DNA of 64,000 nt from the NCBI RefSeq assembly GCF_964213995.1, contig NW_027590128.1, positions 1,302,001 through 1,366,000 of the forward strand, in the 5' to 3' direction. The position numbers and the translations under genes are program-made. Origin of the DNA: Mustelus asterias. Its lineage: Eukaryota. The notes beneath the pieces were generated by a model. It saw nothing but the letters and a program-made list of their open reading frames with translations. It ran no database searches and was not told the origin of the DNA. Below, in pieces: positions 1-11,092 of this stretch (within the stretch, counting starts at the first letter, position 1; each line of letters opens with the position of its first letter).

Positions 1-93
<93 letters not shown>

Positions 94-424
94 TCAGTGA
101 CTGGATTTTACTGTAAATCACATCCAGGAATGAATTATGTTCATTGACGTCCATTTATTTAAACTGGTGAAGTGAGTGGTAATTACAAAAGGAGACAGAA
201 TGTCTGTGTGAATTTAAACTGTGAGGATTTTTTATGCATTTGTGGGACATGGGCGTCACTGCATGGCCAGCATTTATTGCCCATCCCCAGTTACCATCGA
301 ACTGAGTGGCTCACTAGGCCATTTCAGAGGGCAGTTGACAGTCAGTCACATTGCTGTGGCTCTGGAGTCACATGTAGGCCAGACAGGTAAGGACAGCAGA
401 TTTCCTTCCCCAAACGGACATTCA

Positions 425-695
425 TGGGGTGGCACAGTGGTTAGCACTGTTGTCTCACAGCGCCCGGGACTCGGGTTCGATTCCCAGCTTGGGTCACTGT
501 CTGTGTGGAGTTTGCACGTTCTCTGCGTGGGTTTCCTCCGGGTGCTCCGGTTTCCTCCCACAGTCTGAAAGACATGCTGGTCCGATGCATTGACTCGAAC
601 AAATGTCGGAGTGTGGCAACCAGGGGAATTTCACAGTAACTTCACTGCACTGTTAATGTAAGCCTTCTTGTGACTAATAAATAAACTTTACTTTT
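425..695 (+). mobile_element. HE1/V-SINE-type SINE with alternative 3' tail
   Basis: GGTGGCACAGTGGTTAGCACTG head, GGTTCGATTCCC B-box, V-domain TGTGGAGTTTGCACGTTCTC...GGTTTCCTCCCACAGTC. Confidence 0.85.
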
Positions 696-809
696 TGCTT
701 TACTGAACCAAATGGTTTTTTTCTGACAATTGACAATGGTTTCATGGTCAGCAGTAGATTCTTAATTCTGATTTTTTTTTATTGAATTCAATTATTTTTA
801 TTGAATTAA

Positions 810-1057
810 ATGTACGAGGCAAGTTTTTTTTTAAGAGAGTGACAGGTGCCTGGAACTCGCTGCCGGGGGAGGTAGTGGAAGCAGATATGATAGTGACTTT
901 TAAGGGACACCTGGACAAATGCATGAATAAGATGGGAATAGAGGAATATGGTCCCCGGAGGCCTGTTTAGTTCAGATGGGCAGCATAATCAGTGCAGGCT
1001 TGGAGGGCCAAAGAGCCTGTTCCTGTGCTATAATTTTCTTTTTTCTTGTTCTTTGTT
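810..1057 (+). mobile_element. CR1-type LINE 3' fragment
   Basis: Translates RVTGAWNSLPGEVVEAD..FKGHLDK (CR1 ORF2 C-terminus); (TTCTTTG)-like tail; similar to 8650-8875 and 31360-31585. Confidence 0.8.
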
Positions 1058-1969
1058 CAAATTACACCACTTGCTGTGGTGGGATTTGAACCCGGTCCCC
1101 AGAACATTAGCTGAGTTTATGGATTAAGTCCAGGGATAATACCATTGGGCCATCACCTCCCACCTGGAACAAAACTGTTTTCACTACTCAGGCTCTGCTG
1201 TGATGTAATAGTCTCTATGACATCATCATACCATGACTGGGTGACATCATCAGAGTCCATTGTTTCTGAATGATCCACATCAATAACAACAGGAAATACT
1301 CATCAAGCTGAGCACATTATCTAGGCTGACACTGCAGTCTGACATTGAGGGACTGCTGCACTCTGACACACTGTCCTTCACATGGAGCTTGTGGAGGCTC
1401 TGGCCACAACCTTCCAATCCTTATCGAGTCGTAGTGACAAAGGACAGAGAATGTAAATGTTACATCCCTGTTCAAAAACACAGCAATTACAGAACAATCA
1501 GCTTAACATCAGCAGTGGGGAAAAGCCAATAATCTGGGACACAATCAACTGACACTTGGAAAAGTATGGATTATAATTTCCAGTATTTTGTGTTTTTAAA
1601 TATTGAAAACTTCCCTGGATCTCAAGGCTGGGAGAGACACTCTGAAAGGTATCGGGAGCTGGGACTTGTCCATGATAAGAAACAATACTTTTCACTTTAT
1701 GCGAATACATGTGACAATAATAAATCAAATTTTAAAAAATGAGTGTAACTGAAGGTCTGAGACTGAAATAATCTAAAGTTAGAAAGGAGAAAAGATCCAA
1801 AAAACAGAACAGTCAGTAACAGGACATCAATTAATCTCTTATCCTGGAGAAATCAAGGATTTAACACACCGTGTGTTTGAAACAAAGCTGATTTATTTAA
1901 CAGATTTCAGAATATTAAGTTCCAGGTCAGTTAGAGATTAACATCCGAAGAAATAAATGTTAATTGTCT

Positions 1970-2350
1970 GATTGAAGATGGTCGAGAGGAGATTGATACA
2001 GGTACTCAAGATCCTGAGGAATTGGGCAGGTGAAATAGTGAGAAAATGTTCCCACCAAGAGAACATCAAGAACTAGAGGGCACAGACCTACGTTAATGGG
2101 GAAAACAGAGTCAAAGTGATGTGAGGAAAATTATTTTCACCTAGTGGGTGGTTGGAGTCTGGAATAAACTTCCTGTGAGAGCAGTGGAGGCAGGTTTGAT
2201 CAAGGTACTCAAAAGAGAATTGGATTGTTATCTGAAAAGAAAGAGTGTGCAAGGTTACAGGGGTATGGCAGGGGAATGGGATTCGGCTCTTTCAGTGAGC
2301 CAGTGCAGACTTGATGGGCTGAATGGCCTCTTTCTGTACTGTGAAGAATC
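1970..2350 (+). mobile_element. Old CR1-type LINE 3' fragment
   Basis: VVGVWNKLP..AVEAG..KRELD motif and GGGCTGAATGGCCT tail hairpin. Confidence 0.7.
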
Positions 2351-2573
2351 GGTGACGAGAGTTCCTGAATGATGGGGAAAGGTCACAGACAGTGGTTCTT
2401 AAAGGGAAATGGCAACCCTGAAAACACAATCAGCTCTCGATCGAGAATATTAAACTCCAGCCCTGCTACAGGGATTATTATCAGCAGAAACAAACCTCAA
2501 ATGTCAGAATGAATGTGGCTCACTCCTGGATGTGATTAACAGCAGCAGGTACAGCAGAATCCACTCCCTGCAC

Positions 2574-3107
<534 letters not shown>

Positions 3108-3555
3108 ATTGAGTGATTAGTTGGAGCCTCGTCCACACACAGAACACATGCACAGATTCACATTGCTATGAATGGTGTGATGTTTTCTCAGGCTGTGTAA
3201 CTGGTTAAAGCTCTTTCCACAGTCAGTTCACTGGAAAACTCTCACTCGGGTGTGTGTCTGTCTCAGTGCTTTTCCAGTCACACTGATGTTTGAAATCTTT
3301 TCCCGCACTCCACATTCAAAGGCTGATCGTGTTCAGGTGCTGGTGAATTGAGCGACTGTTAAATCTTGATTCAATTTTTCTGACTGTAAATCTTCCCCAT
3401 CAAATATCCTGCAAAAGAAGAAGTTTACAAAACTACTGTCAGTCCAGGATAGAAATTCTGATCAGACAAGTCTAATTTCTAAGGAACAACTTTTCTGCTC
3501 TTGTTCCCCAAAACAGTAAATCTGTCCCATACACTCTCCCTCTTCCCTGAGCAGA

Positions 3556-3872
3556 GGGCGGCATGGTGGCGCAGTGGTTAGCCCTGTGCCTCACAGCCCC
3601 AGTGACCCGATTTGATTCCCAGCTTGGGTCACTGACTGTGTGGAGTTTGCATGTTCTCCCGTGTCTGCATGGGTTTCCTGCAGGTGCTGTGGTTTCCTCC
3701 CACAGTCCAAACATGCGCGGGTTAGATAGATTGGCTATGCTAAATTACCCGAGTGTCAGGGGGGCTAGCTAGGATAAATGCATGTGGTAATGGGGATAGG
3801 GCCTGGGTGGGATTGTGGTCAGTGCAGACTCAATGGGCCAAATGGCCTCCCTCTGCACTGTAGAATTCTATG
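3556..3872 (+). mobile_element. HE1/V-SINE-type SINE, full length
   Basis: tRNA-like head, V-domain core, CR1-derived tail GGGCCAAATGGCCTCC..CTGCACTGTAG..TTCTATG. Confidence 0.9.
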
Positions 3873-4061
3873 AGATCCAAATGAAATGCGTATTTTTCAT
3901 GCATCCTTACAACTAATTTGTACAAATCACTCCAAGGCCTGTTCCTATCTCTGGAATCACCTCTAACACTGTGCTGATTCTGGTTTCCTGCACATTCCCT
4001 ATTTTAATCACTCCACCATTAGTGACTAGACCTTCAGTGCACAAGGATGACTTCTCAAAGA

Positions 4062-4358
4062 ATTCCTACAGTGCAGAAGGAAACCATTTAGCCCATCAAG
4101 TCTACACTGACTCTGAATATTTTACCCCTGATCTGTACCCCACTAATCCCCCTTACCCGCACATCTTTGGACACGAAGGGGCAATATAGCATGGCCAATT
4201 CCCCTAAACGTCACATCTTTGGGCGGTGGGAGGAAACCGGAGCACCCAGAGGAAACCCACACAGTCACAGGGATAACGTGCAAACTCCGCACAGACAGTG
4301 ACCCAAGGCTGGGATCGAAACTGGGTCCCTGGAGCTGTGAGGCAGCAGTGCTAACCAC
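4062..4358 (-). mobile_element. HE1/V-SINE-type SINE
   Basis: Reverse complement of the same head/core/tail. Confidence 0.85.
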
Positions 4359-4404
4359 GCTGATATTAATGGTGTTATATAAATAGAAGTTGTTGTTGGC
4401 TGTA

Positions 4405-5340
4405 ACCCTAACTTCCGGTTTTACAACAACACATCGATTTTGTTATGAAATCAAACTCTGATTTTTTTTGTTCCCGTGGGTTATTCATTTGGTTTCACCC
4501 TCAACAAATACGGTGGCTGCGCATGCGTTGTTCCAATTTACCTCAATAAAGATGGCGGATGCGCATGCGCTTTGCAGTACACGGACCTTTATAAAGATGG
4601 CGGATTTGAACTCCGGCCTGAAACCATCAGAAGGTCTGAGGAATTTGCTTCGCAAATTGAGGGACTGTGGCCGACACCGGGTGTTTATAAAGCTTCACCA
4701 TCCACCCGCAAACTCCATTTACGTTTCCGGTTTTATTTCAGGCTCTGGATCTGCACTCGGTCTTTGTAAAAATCTCCATTTAAAACCCGCTCGCTCGAGC
4801 TCCTTACCGTCTGCCGCAGGCACTGCGCATGCTCCAGCTCCAACCAGGATGGGGCCGTTAACCTGGGCCTGTTCCCGGGAGGGAGGGAGGGAGAAGCCCC
4901 GCAGCTGCAAACCAGGGAGCTGACAATGATTCTGAAGGGTTTGCGGATCCTCCCCAATCTCCAACCGCCGGCTCCAGCGCTTCACCCGGTGCTGAAATAT
5001 TTGCTCCAGCCCCGCCCCTCATTCACACTGATTGGTTGGAGGACCAGCCGCTCCCGCTCGGTCCTCCAGCACCGCCCCCTCTTCCTATTGGTCCGGAGCT
5101 GCCGTCAATCAGTGCCCGGGCATTGTGATGTGGAGCATGCGCAGTGTCATTGCTGTCCTTGGCGCTTGTTTGTCCCGGAGAAGCGGAGTCAGCGTTAGGC
5201 GGTGACTGGGAGGATTTGGAAACACTTTGTGGATCCGCAAACCCTTCAGAATCATTGTCAGCTCCCTGGTTTGCAGCTGCGGGGCTTCTCCCTCCCTCCC
5301 TCCCGGGAACAGGCCCAGGTTAACGGCCCCATCCTGGCTC
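4405..5340. promoter_or_regulatory. CpG-rich, probably bidirectional promoter between divergent ZNF-B and ZNF-C
   Basis: ETS ACTTCCGG (~4411), NRF1-like GCGCATGCG (~4520, ~4561), YY1 AAGATGGCGG (~4549, ~4594), GC box CCCCGCCCC (~5010), ATTGG boxes (~5031, ~5087). Confidence 0.7.
4844..5337. repeat. Perfect 107-bp inverted repeat (4844-4950 / 5231-5337), 280-bp spacer
   Basis: Arms are exact reverse complements by direct comparison. Confidence 0.95.
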
Positions 5341-6110
5341 AGCCACTGGAGGATGGTTCACATCAGAGGATGGGGGAGGGGGACAATAAATAAGAGGTTA
5401 CACTTTGGCCTCAAATCAATGAGGACTCTGATCTCTGGGAAGGAAGGAAACCCTGGGAGGTGGGCGGGGAGGATTCACAAACACCCGCTGGAGGCCCCAA
5501 CACCCCCAATAAGACCCATTGGTTTTATTGTCAGTCTGCAGACAGGAGCTGGAGAACTGAACCCAGACAGAGGAGAGGGAGGGAGAAAACTGGGAGTGGA
5601 GGAAATAAATGGTGAGATGGGTTTGGATTTAAGCCAAGGGAGGAGGGAGAATTTGTGGGACAGGAATTTATTGATTTGGGGAGCAAGAGAGGAAGAAATG
5701 TTCCAGAGAATTAGAATTGTCTGTTCAAAATTTCTATCCTGGACTGACAGTGATTAATTTTGTAAACTCCTTTTACAGGTGAGGTGAAGAAACATCACAT
5801 CAAAATCAGACAGAGTCTCGATTCACTTGGACTTAAATATCCTCAGACTTTGAATGTGGAAGGAGAAATGTTTGTCTTCTGTCTGGAGGAGAAGATTTCA
5901 AACATCAGTGTGACTGAAAAAGCACCAAGATACACGCACACCCGAGTGAGAGTGTTTCAGTGAGTTGACTGTGGAAAGAGCTTTATCCAGTTACGCAGCC
6001 TTAAAAAACATCACACCATTCACAGCAAGGAAAAACTGTACACGTGTTCTGTCTGTGGATGAGGCTTCAACTGATCGTTTAACCTGGAGAAACATAAGGA
6101 CACCAGCACC

Positions 6111-7034
6111 ATGGAGAAACCGTGGAAATGTGGGGACTGTGGGAAAGGATTCAGTTACCCTTCCCTGCTGGAAAATCATCGGCGCAGTCACACTGGTGAG
6201 AGACCGTTCACCTGTTCTGTCTGTGGGGAGGGATTCATTCAGTCATCTGGCCTTTGGTCTCACCAGAGAATTCACACTGAGGAAAAGCCATTCACCTGCA
6301 CCTCCTGTGGGAAGAGGTTCAGGCATTCTTCAGCACTCACTGTGCACCAACGCACTCACACCGGGGAGAGACCATTCATCTGCTCCGTGTGTGGGAAGGG
6401 ATTCACTCAGTCATTCCACCTGCTGTCACACCAGCGAGTTCATACTGGGGAGAGGCCGTTCACCTGCTCCGACTGTGGGAAGGGATTCACTGGGTCATCC
6501 CACTTACTGTCACACCAGCGAGTTCACATTGAGGAGAAGCCATTCAGCTGCACTGACTGTGGACGGAGTTTCAGACAGGCATCCTCCCTCATTGCACACC
6601 AGCGAATTCACACTGGGGAGAGACCGTTTACTTGCTTTTTGTGTGGAAAGGGATTCACAGTTTTACCCAGTCTGCTGAGACACCAGAAAATTCACACTGA
6701 AGAGAAGCCATTCCGCTGCACTGACTGTGGAAAGAATTTCAGGCAGTCATCCAACCTCAGTGCTCACCGACGCACTCACACTGCAGAAAGACCATTCACA
6801 TGCTCCGTGTGTGGGAAGGGATTCAATCGGTCATCCAACCTCTCTGCTCACCAGCGAGTTCACACAGGGGAGAGGCCATTCACTTGCTCCATGTGTGGGA
6901 AGGGATTCGCAAAGTCTTTCAACCTGCTGGCTCACCAACGCACTCACACTAAGAGGCCATTCAACTGCTCTGTGTGTGGGAAGGGATTCACTCAGTCACA
7001 ATGGCTCCTGAGACATCAACAAGTTCACAAGTGA
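6111..7034 (+). CDS. C2H2 ZNF-C, 11 fingers, intact ORF
   Basis: 307-aa ORF MEKPWKC...HQQVHK with good Kozak (ACCATGG); splice acceptor TTTTACAG at ~5771-5778. Confidence 0.9.
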   Translation: MEKPWKCGDCGKGFSYPSLLENHRRSHTGERPFTCSVCGEGFIQSSGLWSHQRIHTEEKPFTCTSCGKRFRHSSALTVHQRTHTGERPFICSVCGKGFTQSFHLLSHQRVHTGERPFTCSDCGKGFTGSSHLLSHQRVHIEEKPFSCTDCGRSFRQASSLIAHQRIHTGERPFTCFLCGKGFTVLPSLLRHQKIHTEEKPFRCTDCGKNFRQSSNLSAHRRTHTAERPFTCSVCGKGFNRSSNLSAHQRVHTGERPFTCSMCGKGFAKSFNLLAHQRTHTKRPFNCSVCGKGFTQSQWLLRHQQVHK

Positions 7035-8292
7035 CTGCAGGGGTTGGATTTTGCTGTTTTTGCTGCTGTTCAGTATTGACAGTCTGACAATATTTTATTT
7101 CTGCTGATGTTAACAAACCCTATAACTAGCTGGAATTTAATATTCTGGAAGTGTCACTGATTTTCAGGGCTGCAATGTCACTTTTTAAAAGCACCACCAG
7201 TGATCTTCCCCCTTAATTGAAGAACTCTCAACAGGAACCTGTTTAGAATAAAGTTAAGAACTTTTGCTTCAATTCTAATTTGATCTTTGGGCAAAATCTA
7301 CAATTCATTCTCTGAAAGATCCATCTGCAGGGCACAAAGTATTTATTTTCAATGCTTGTATTGAGATTTTCTGGAAAGCTACTCTTTGATTTTTAAGGGC
7401 TATTTTTTGGTTTCCAGGGCATCGTTTTCCATTCTCAGTAACTCCTTTATTAGTGATGTAGTCACGTAGTAACATTACCTTTTGTGTTTCTGTTAGTTTA
7501 CTTCTTTGAATAAGATAGCACAAATACTGAAGACTGTGTATATATTAAAACTTTTAAATTGGAATCTATGAATGATATGTTTTGTTAATTTACTTTAAAA
7601 ATACTCCCATACTCTCTTTCCAAAATGAGAATTCTAACTATTTGACACAAGGAAACTGAATCAGATGTTTATTGGTTCAGACAGTGGAGCAGGAAAAATC
7701 TCTCCCGATTCTGATCTTCATTGTGTGTGGATTTACATCAATAACCCATCAATAACCTCACTACACCAGCTGAGATCAGCTCTGACCGGGGATTTTGTAT
7801 GTTGTCTGTGAATGTTAAACTGCAAATAAAAGCAGTTTAGAATATGAACCTGGATGAATGTATCTCAATTTCTAATGTGACGACCCAAGTGATTGTAAGT
7901 ACGTTCACAATATCTGGTTACTCAAATTCCTGAGCTGTAAACCCCACCTTCTGAGATATATAAAAATAATCGAGACTTGTTCAGCAGAATGGGGAAAGGT
8001 CTGCCGATGGTTGGATCATTCCTTTTGAGGCTCACACTGCTATGAAACTAGTTCTGTAGCAGGAAGACACAACTCCTCCACACATCACAGATCGGCTGCT
8101 GAGTCTTTTCTCAAAATAGGTGGCAAAGCTGTTCCTCCAGTTTGAGACTCTGTCTCTGCAGATGTAGCAACATCGGGAGAGACAGAATCTGTGATTGGAG
8201 GAGATGGTCCTCACAGTTTCTGTCTCTCCCATGTACAGGATGATTTATTTCTTCCAGTAGTTCCTCCCAAGACAGAATTTCTGCGGGCCTTT

Positions 8293-8875
8293 TGGCAAGT
8301 CATGTTGCAGTTTTATAGAACCTTAGTTCGGCCACACTTGGAATATAGTGTTCAGTTCTGGTCGCCGCACTACCAGAAGGATGTGGAGGCTTTGGAGAGG
8401 GTGGAGAGGGTACAGAAAAGATCTACCAGAATGTTGCCTGGCATGGAGGGCATTAGCTATGAGGAGAGGTTGGAGAAACTTGGTTTGTTCTCACTGGAAC
8501 GACACAGGTTGAGGGCGATCTGATAGAAGTCTACAAGATTGTGAGGGGCTGGGCAGAGTGGATAGTCAGAAGCTTTTTCCCAGGGCAGAAGAGTCAATTA
8601 CTAGGGGGCATAGGTTTAAGGGGCAAGGTTTAAAGGAGGCAGGTTTTTTACCCAGAGGGTGGTGGGTGCCTGGAACTCGCTGCCGGGGGAAGTAGTGGAA
8701 GCAGATATGATAGTGACTTTTAAGGGGCATCTTGACAAATACATGAATAGGATGGGAATGGAGGGATATGGTCCCCAGAAGGGTAGGGGGTTTCAGTTCA
8801 GTCGGGCAGCGTGGTTGGTGCAGGCTTGGAGGGCCAAAGGGGGTGTTCCTGTGCTGTAATTTTCTTTGTTTTCCT
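8293..8875 (+). mobile_element. CR1-type LINE 3' fragment
   Basis: YRTLVRPHLEYSVQFWSPHYQKDVEALERV motif. Confidence 0.9.
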
Positions 8876-9599
8876 TTGAGAGTGAATTCACCATCCACAG
8901 CCGTTCATTTTGAACCCTGGTTTGAAATATTCTCACTCTGGGTTTAAGGCTTCACGGCGTAATACACACATTTAGATCTTACCACCAAACACCAATTCAT
9001 ATCCTCATCCGAGTCCCAGATTTAAATGTGGTTGTCCAAACTAGAAAACATATATAATTTGACTCTTTTTAAACCTGATTCACCACACCCTGCCACACTA
9101 ACTACAAGAGATCGTGTTTGGGACAAGTTGTTCCGTTAAAGTCTGTGTTGTTCTCAATGATGACAGTTTTAACCTTCTCCATAACCTGTCCTAACCCTTC
9201 TGCCCTCAAGGGGGCTCTGTTTTTCTGATGGTGACATTCCCTGTTTACCCAGTCAGCCCTTGAATTGTTTGTGAATCCAGTCACATGTCGGTTAGACTGG
9301 ATCAGGGCGGCAGATTTCCTTCCTTAAAGGGCATTAGAGAACCAGGTGTGTTTTTACAACAATTAATTCATGCTCATCAATATTTTTATTGAAACGTGGT
9401 GGGATTCAAACCCAGGTCCCAAAAGCATTATAATAAATAGAGAAAATGCTGGATAAACTCAGCAGGTCGGTTCTTTTCAGAACTCCAGCATCTGCTGGAT
9501 TTTGCTTTACCTCCAAATCATTCCCCTGGATTACTCCTGCTCTGGCTCTAATTCCAGTCAGCTCAGACAACAAAAACAGGTTTCACAAAATCACAAACA

Positions 9600-11000
9600 T
9601 TTAAAAAAGGAGGTAGACAAAAGGCAGGTAACTATAGGCTGGTTAGCTTAACTTCTGTCGGAGGGAAAACGCTTGGATCTATCATCAGGGAAAAAATAGC
9701 GAGACATCTGGATATAAATTGTCCCATTGGTAAGACGCAGCATGGGTTCATGAAGGGCAGGTCATGTTTGACTAATTTGGTGGAATTCTTTGAGAACATT
9801 ACATGTGCAGTGGACAATGGGGAACCTGTGGATGTGGTGTATCTGGATTTCCAGAAGGCATTTGACAAGGTGCCGCACCAAAGACTGCTACATAAGATAA
9901 AGGTGCACAGTGTTACGGGTAATGTATTAGCATGGATAGAGGATTGGTTAACTAACAGAAAGCAAAGAGTGGGGGTAAATGGGTGTTTTTCTGGTTGGCG
10001 ATCAGTGACTAGTGGTGTGCCTCAGGGATCAGTGTTGGGACCGCAATTGTTTACGATTTACATCGATGATTTGGAGGTGGGGACCAAGTGTAGTGTGTCA
10101 AAATTCGCAGATGACACTAAGAGCTAAGTGTGCAGAGGACGCTGAAAGTCTGCAAAGGGATATAGATAATCTAAGTGAGTGGGCGAGGGTCTGGCAGATG
10201 GAGCACAATGTTGGTAAATGTGAGGTCATCCATTTTGGTAGGAATAACAGCAAAATGGACTATTATTTAAATGGGAAAAAATTGCAGCATGCTGCTGTGC
10301 AGAGGGACCTGGGTGTCCTTGTGCAGGAATCTCAAAGAGTTGGTTTGCAGGTGCAACAGGTAATTAAGAAGGCAAATGGAATTTTGTCCTTCATTGCTAG
10401 AGGGATGGAGTTTAAAAACAGCAAGATTATTGCAGCTGTAGAAGGTGCTGGTGAGGCCACACCTGGAGTACTGTGTACAGTTTTGGTCTCCTTACTTGAG
10501 AAAGGATATACTGGCACTGGAGGGGGTGCAGAGGAGATTCACGAGGTTGATTCCGGAGTTGAGAGGGTTGGCTTATGAGGAGAAACTGAATAGACTGGGC
10601 CTATACTCATTGGATTTCAGAAGAATGAGGGGAGATCTTATAGAAACATATAAGATTATGAAGGGAATAGATAAGATAGAAGCAGGGAAGTTGTTTCCAC
10701 TGGCGGGTGAAACTAGAACTAGGGGGCATAGCCTCAAAATAAGGGGAAGCAGATTTAGGACTGAGTTGAGGAGGAACTTCTTCACACAATGGGTTGCGAA
10801 TCTGTGGAATTCCCTGCCCAGTGAAGCAGTTGAGGCTACCTCATTGAATGTTTTTAAGGCAAGGATAGATAAATTATTAAACAGTAAAGGAATTAAGGGT
10901 TATGGTGAGCGGGTGTGTAAGTGGAGCTGAGTCCACAAAAAGATCAGCCATGAGGGCTCGAGGGGCCAGATGGCCTACTCCTGCTCCTAGTTCTTATGTT
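9600..11000 (+). mobile_element. 5'-truncated CR1-type LINE (RT domain to 3' tail), frameshifted
   Basis: [53 protein letters not shown] motifs; tail TTCTTATGTT. Confidence 0.95.
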
Positions 11001-11092
11001 CTTCCCACAATCCCCACATTTCCATGGCATCTCCCTGTGACTGCAATTATGTTCCAAAAGGCCAGATGATTGGTTGAAGCTTTCACCACACC
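11001..11092 (-). pseudogene. ZNF remnant (leader finger plus start of finger 1) cut off by the LINE
   Basis: [30 protein letters not shown], paralogous to 48600-48690. Confidence 0.75.

Larger units (their letters stand above)
225..1160 (-). mobile_element. tRNA-derived SINE (minus strand) split by two younger insertions
   Basis: Minus-strand head near 1160-1080 with A/B-box-like motifs (GGTTCAAATCCC); LINE-like tail ATAAATGCTGGCC...CCCATGTCCCAC near 225-280; interrupted at ~425-695 and ~810-1057. Confidence 0.6.

Noticed and set aside
425-500. tRNA genes at SINE heads
   Set aside because: A/B boxes continue into the V-domain; no complete cloverleaf
4844-5337. MITE/DNA transposon reading of the 107-bp inverted repeat
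   Set aside because: No TSD or recognisable TIR end, and the right arm is continuous with host cassette sequence present single-armed at 25357-25463
7035-7150. SECIS element explaining the conserved TGAs as selenocysteine
   Set aside because: No AUGA/AA/GA kink-turn hairpin visible by eye; the TGAs are at Arg-type rather than Cys positions and one copy is TAA
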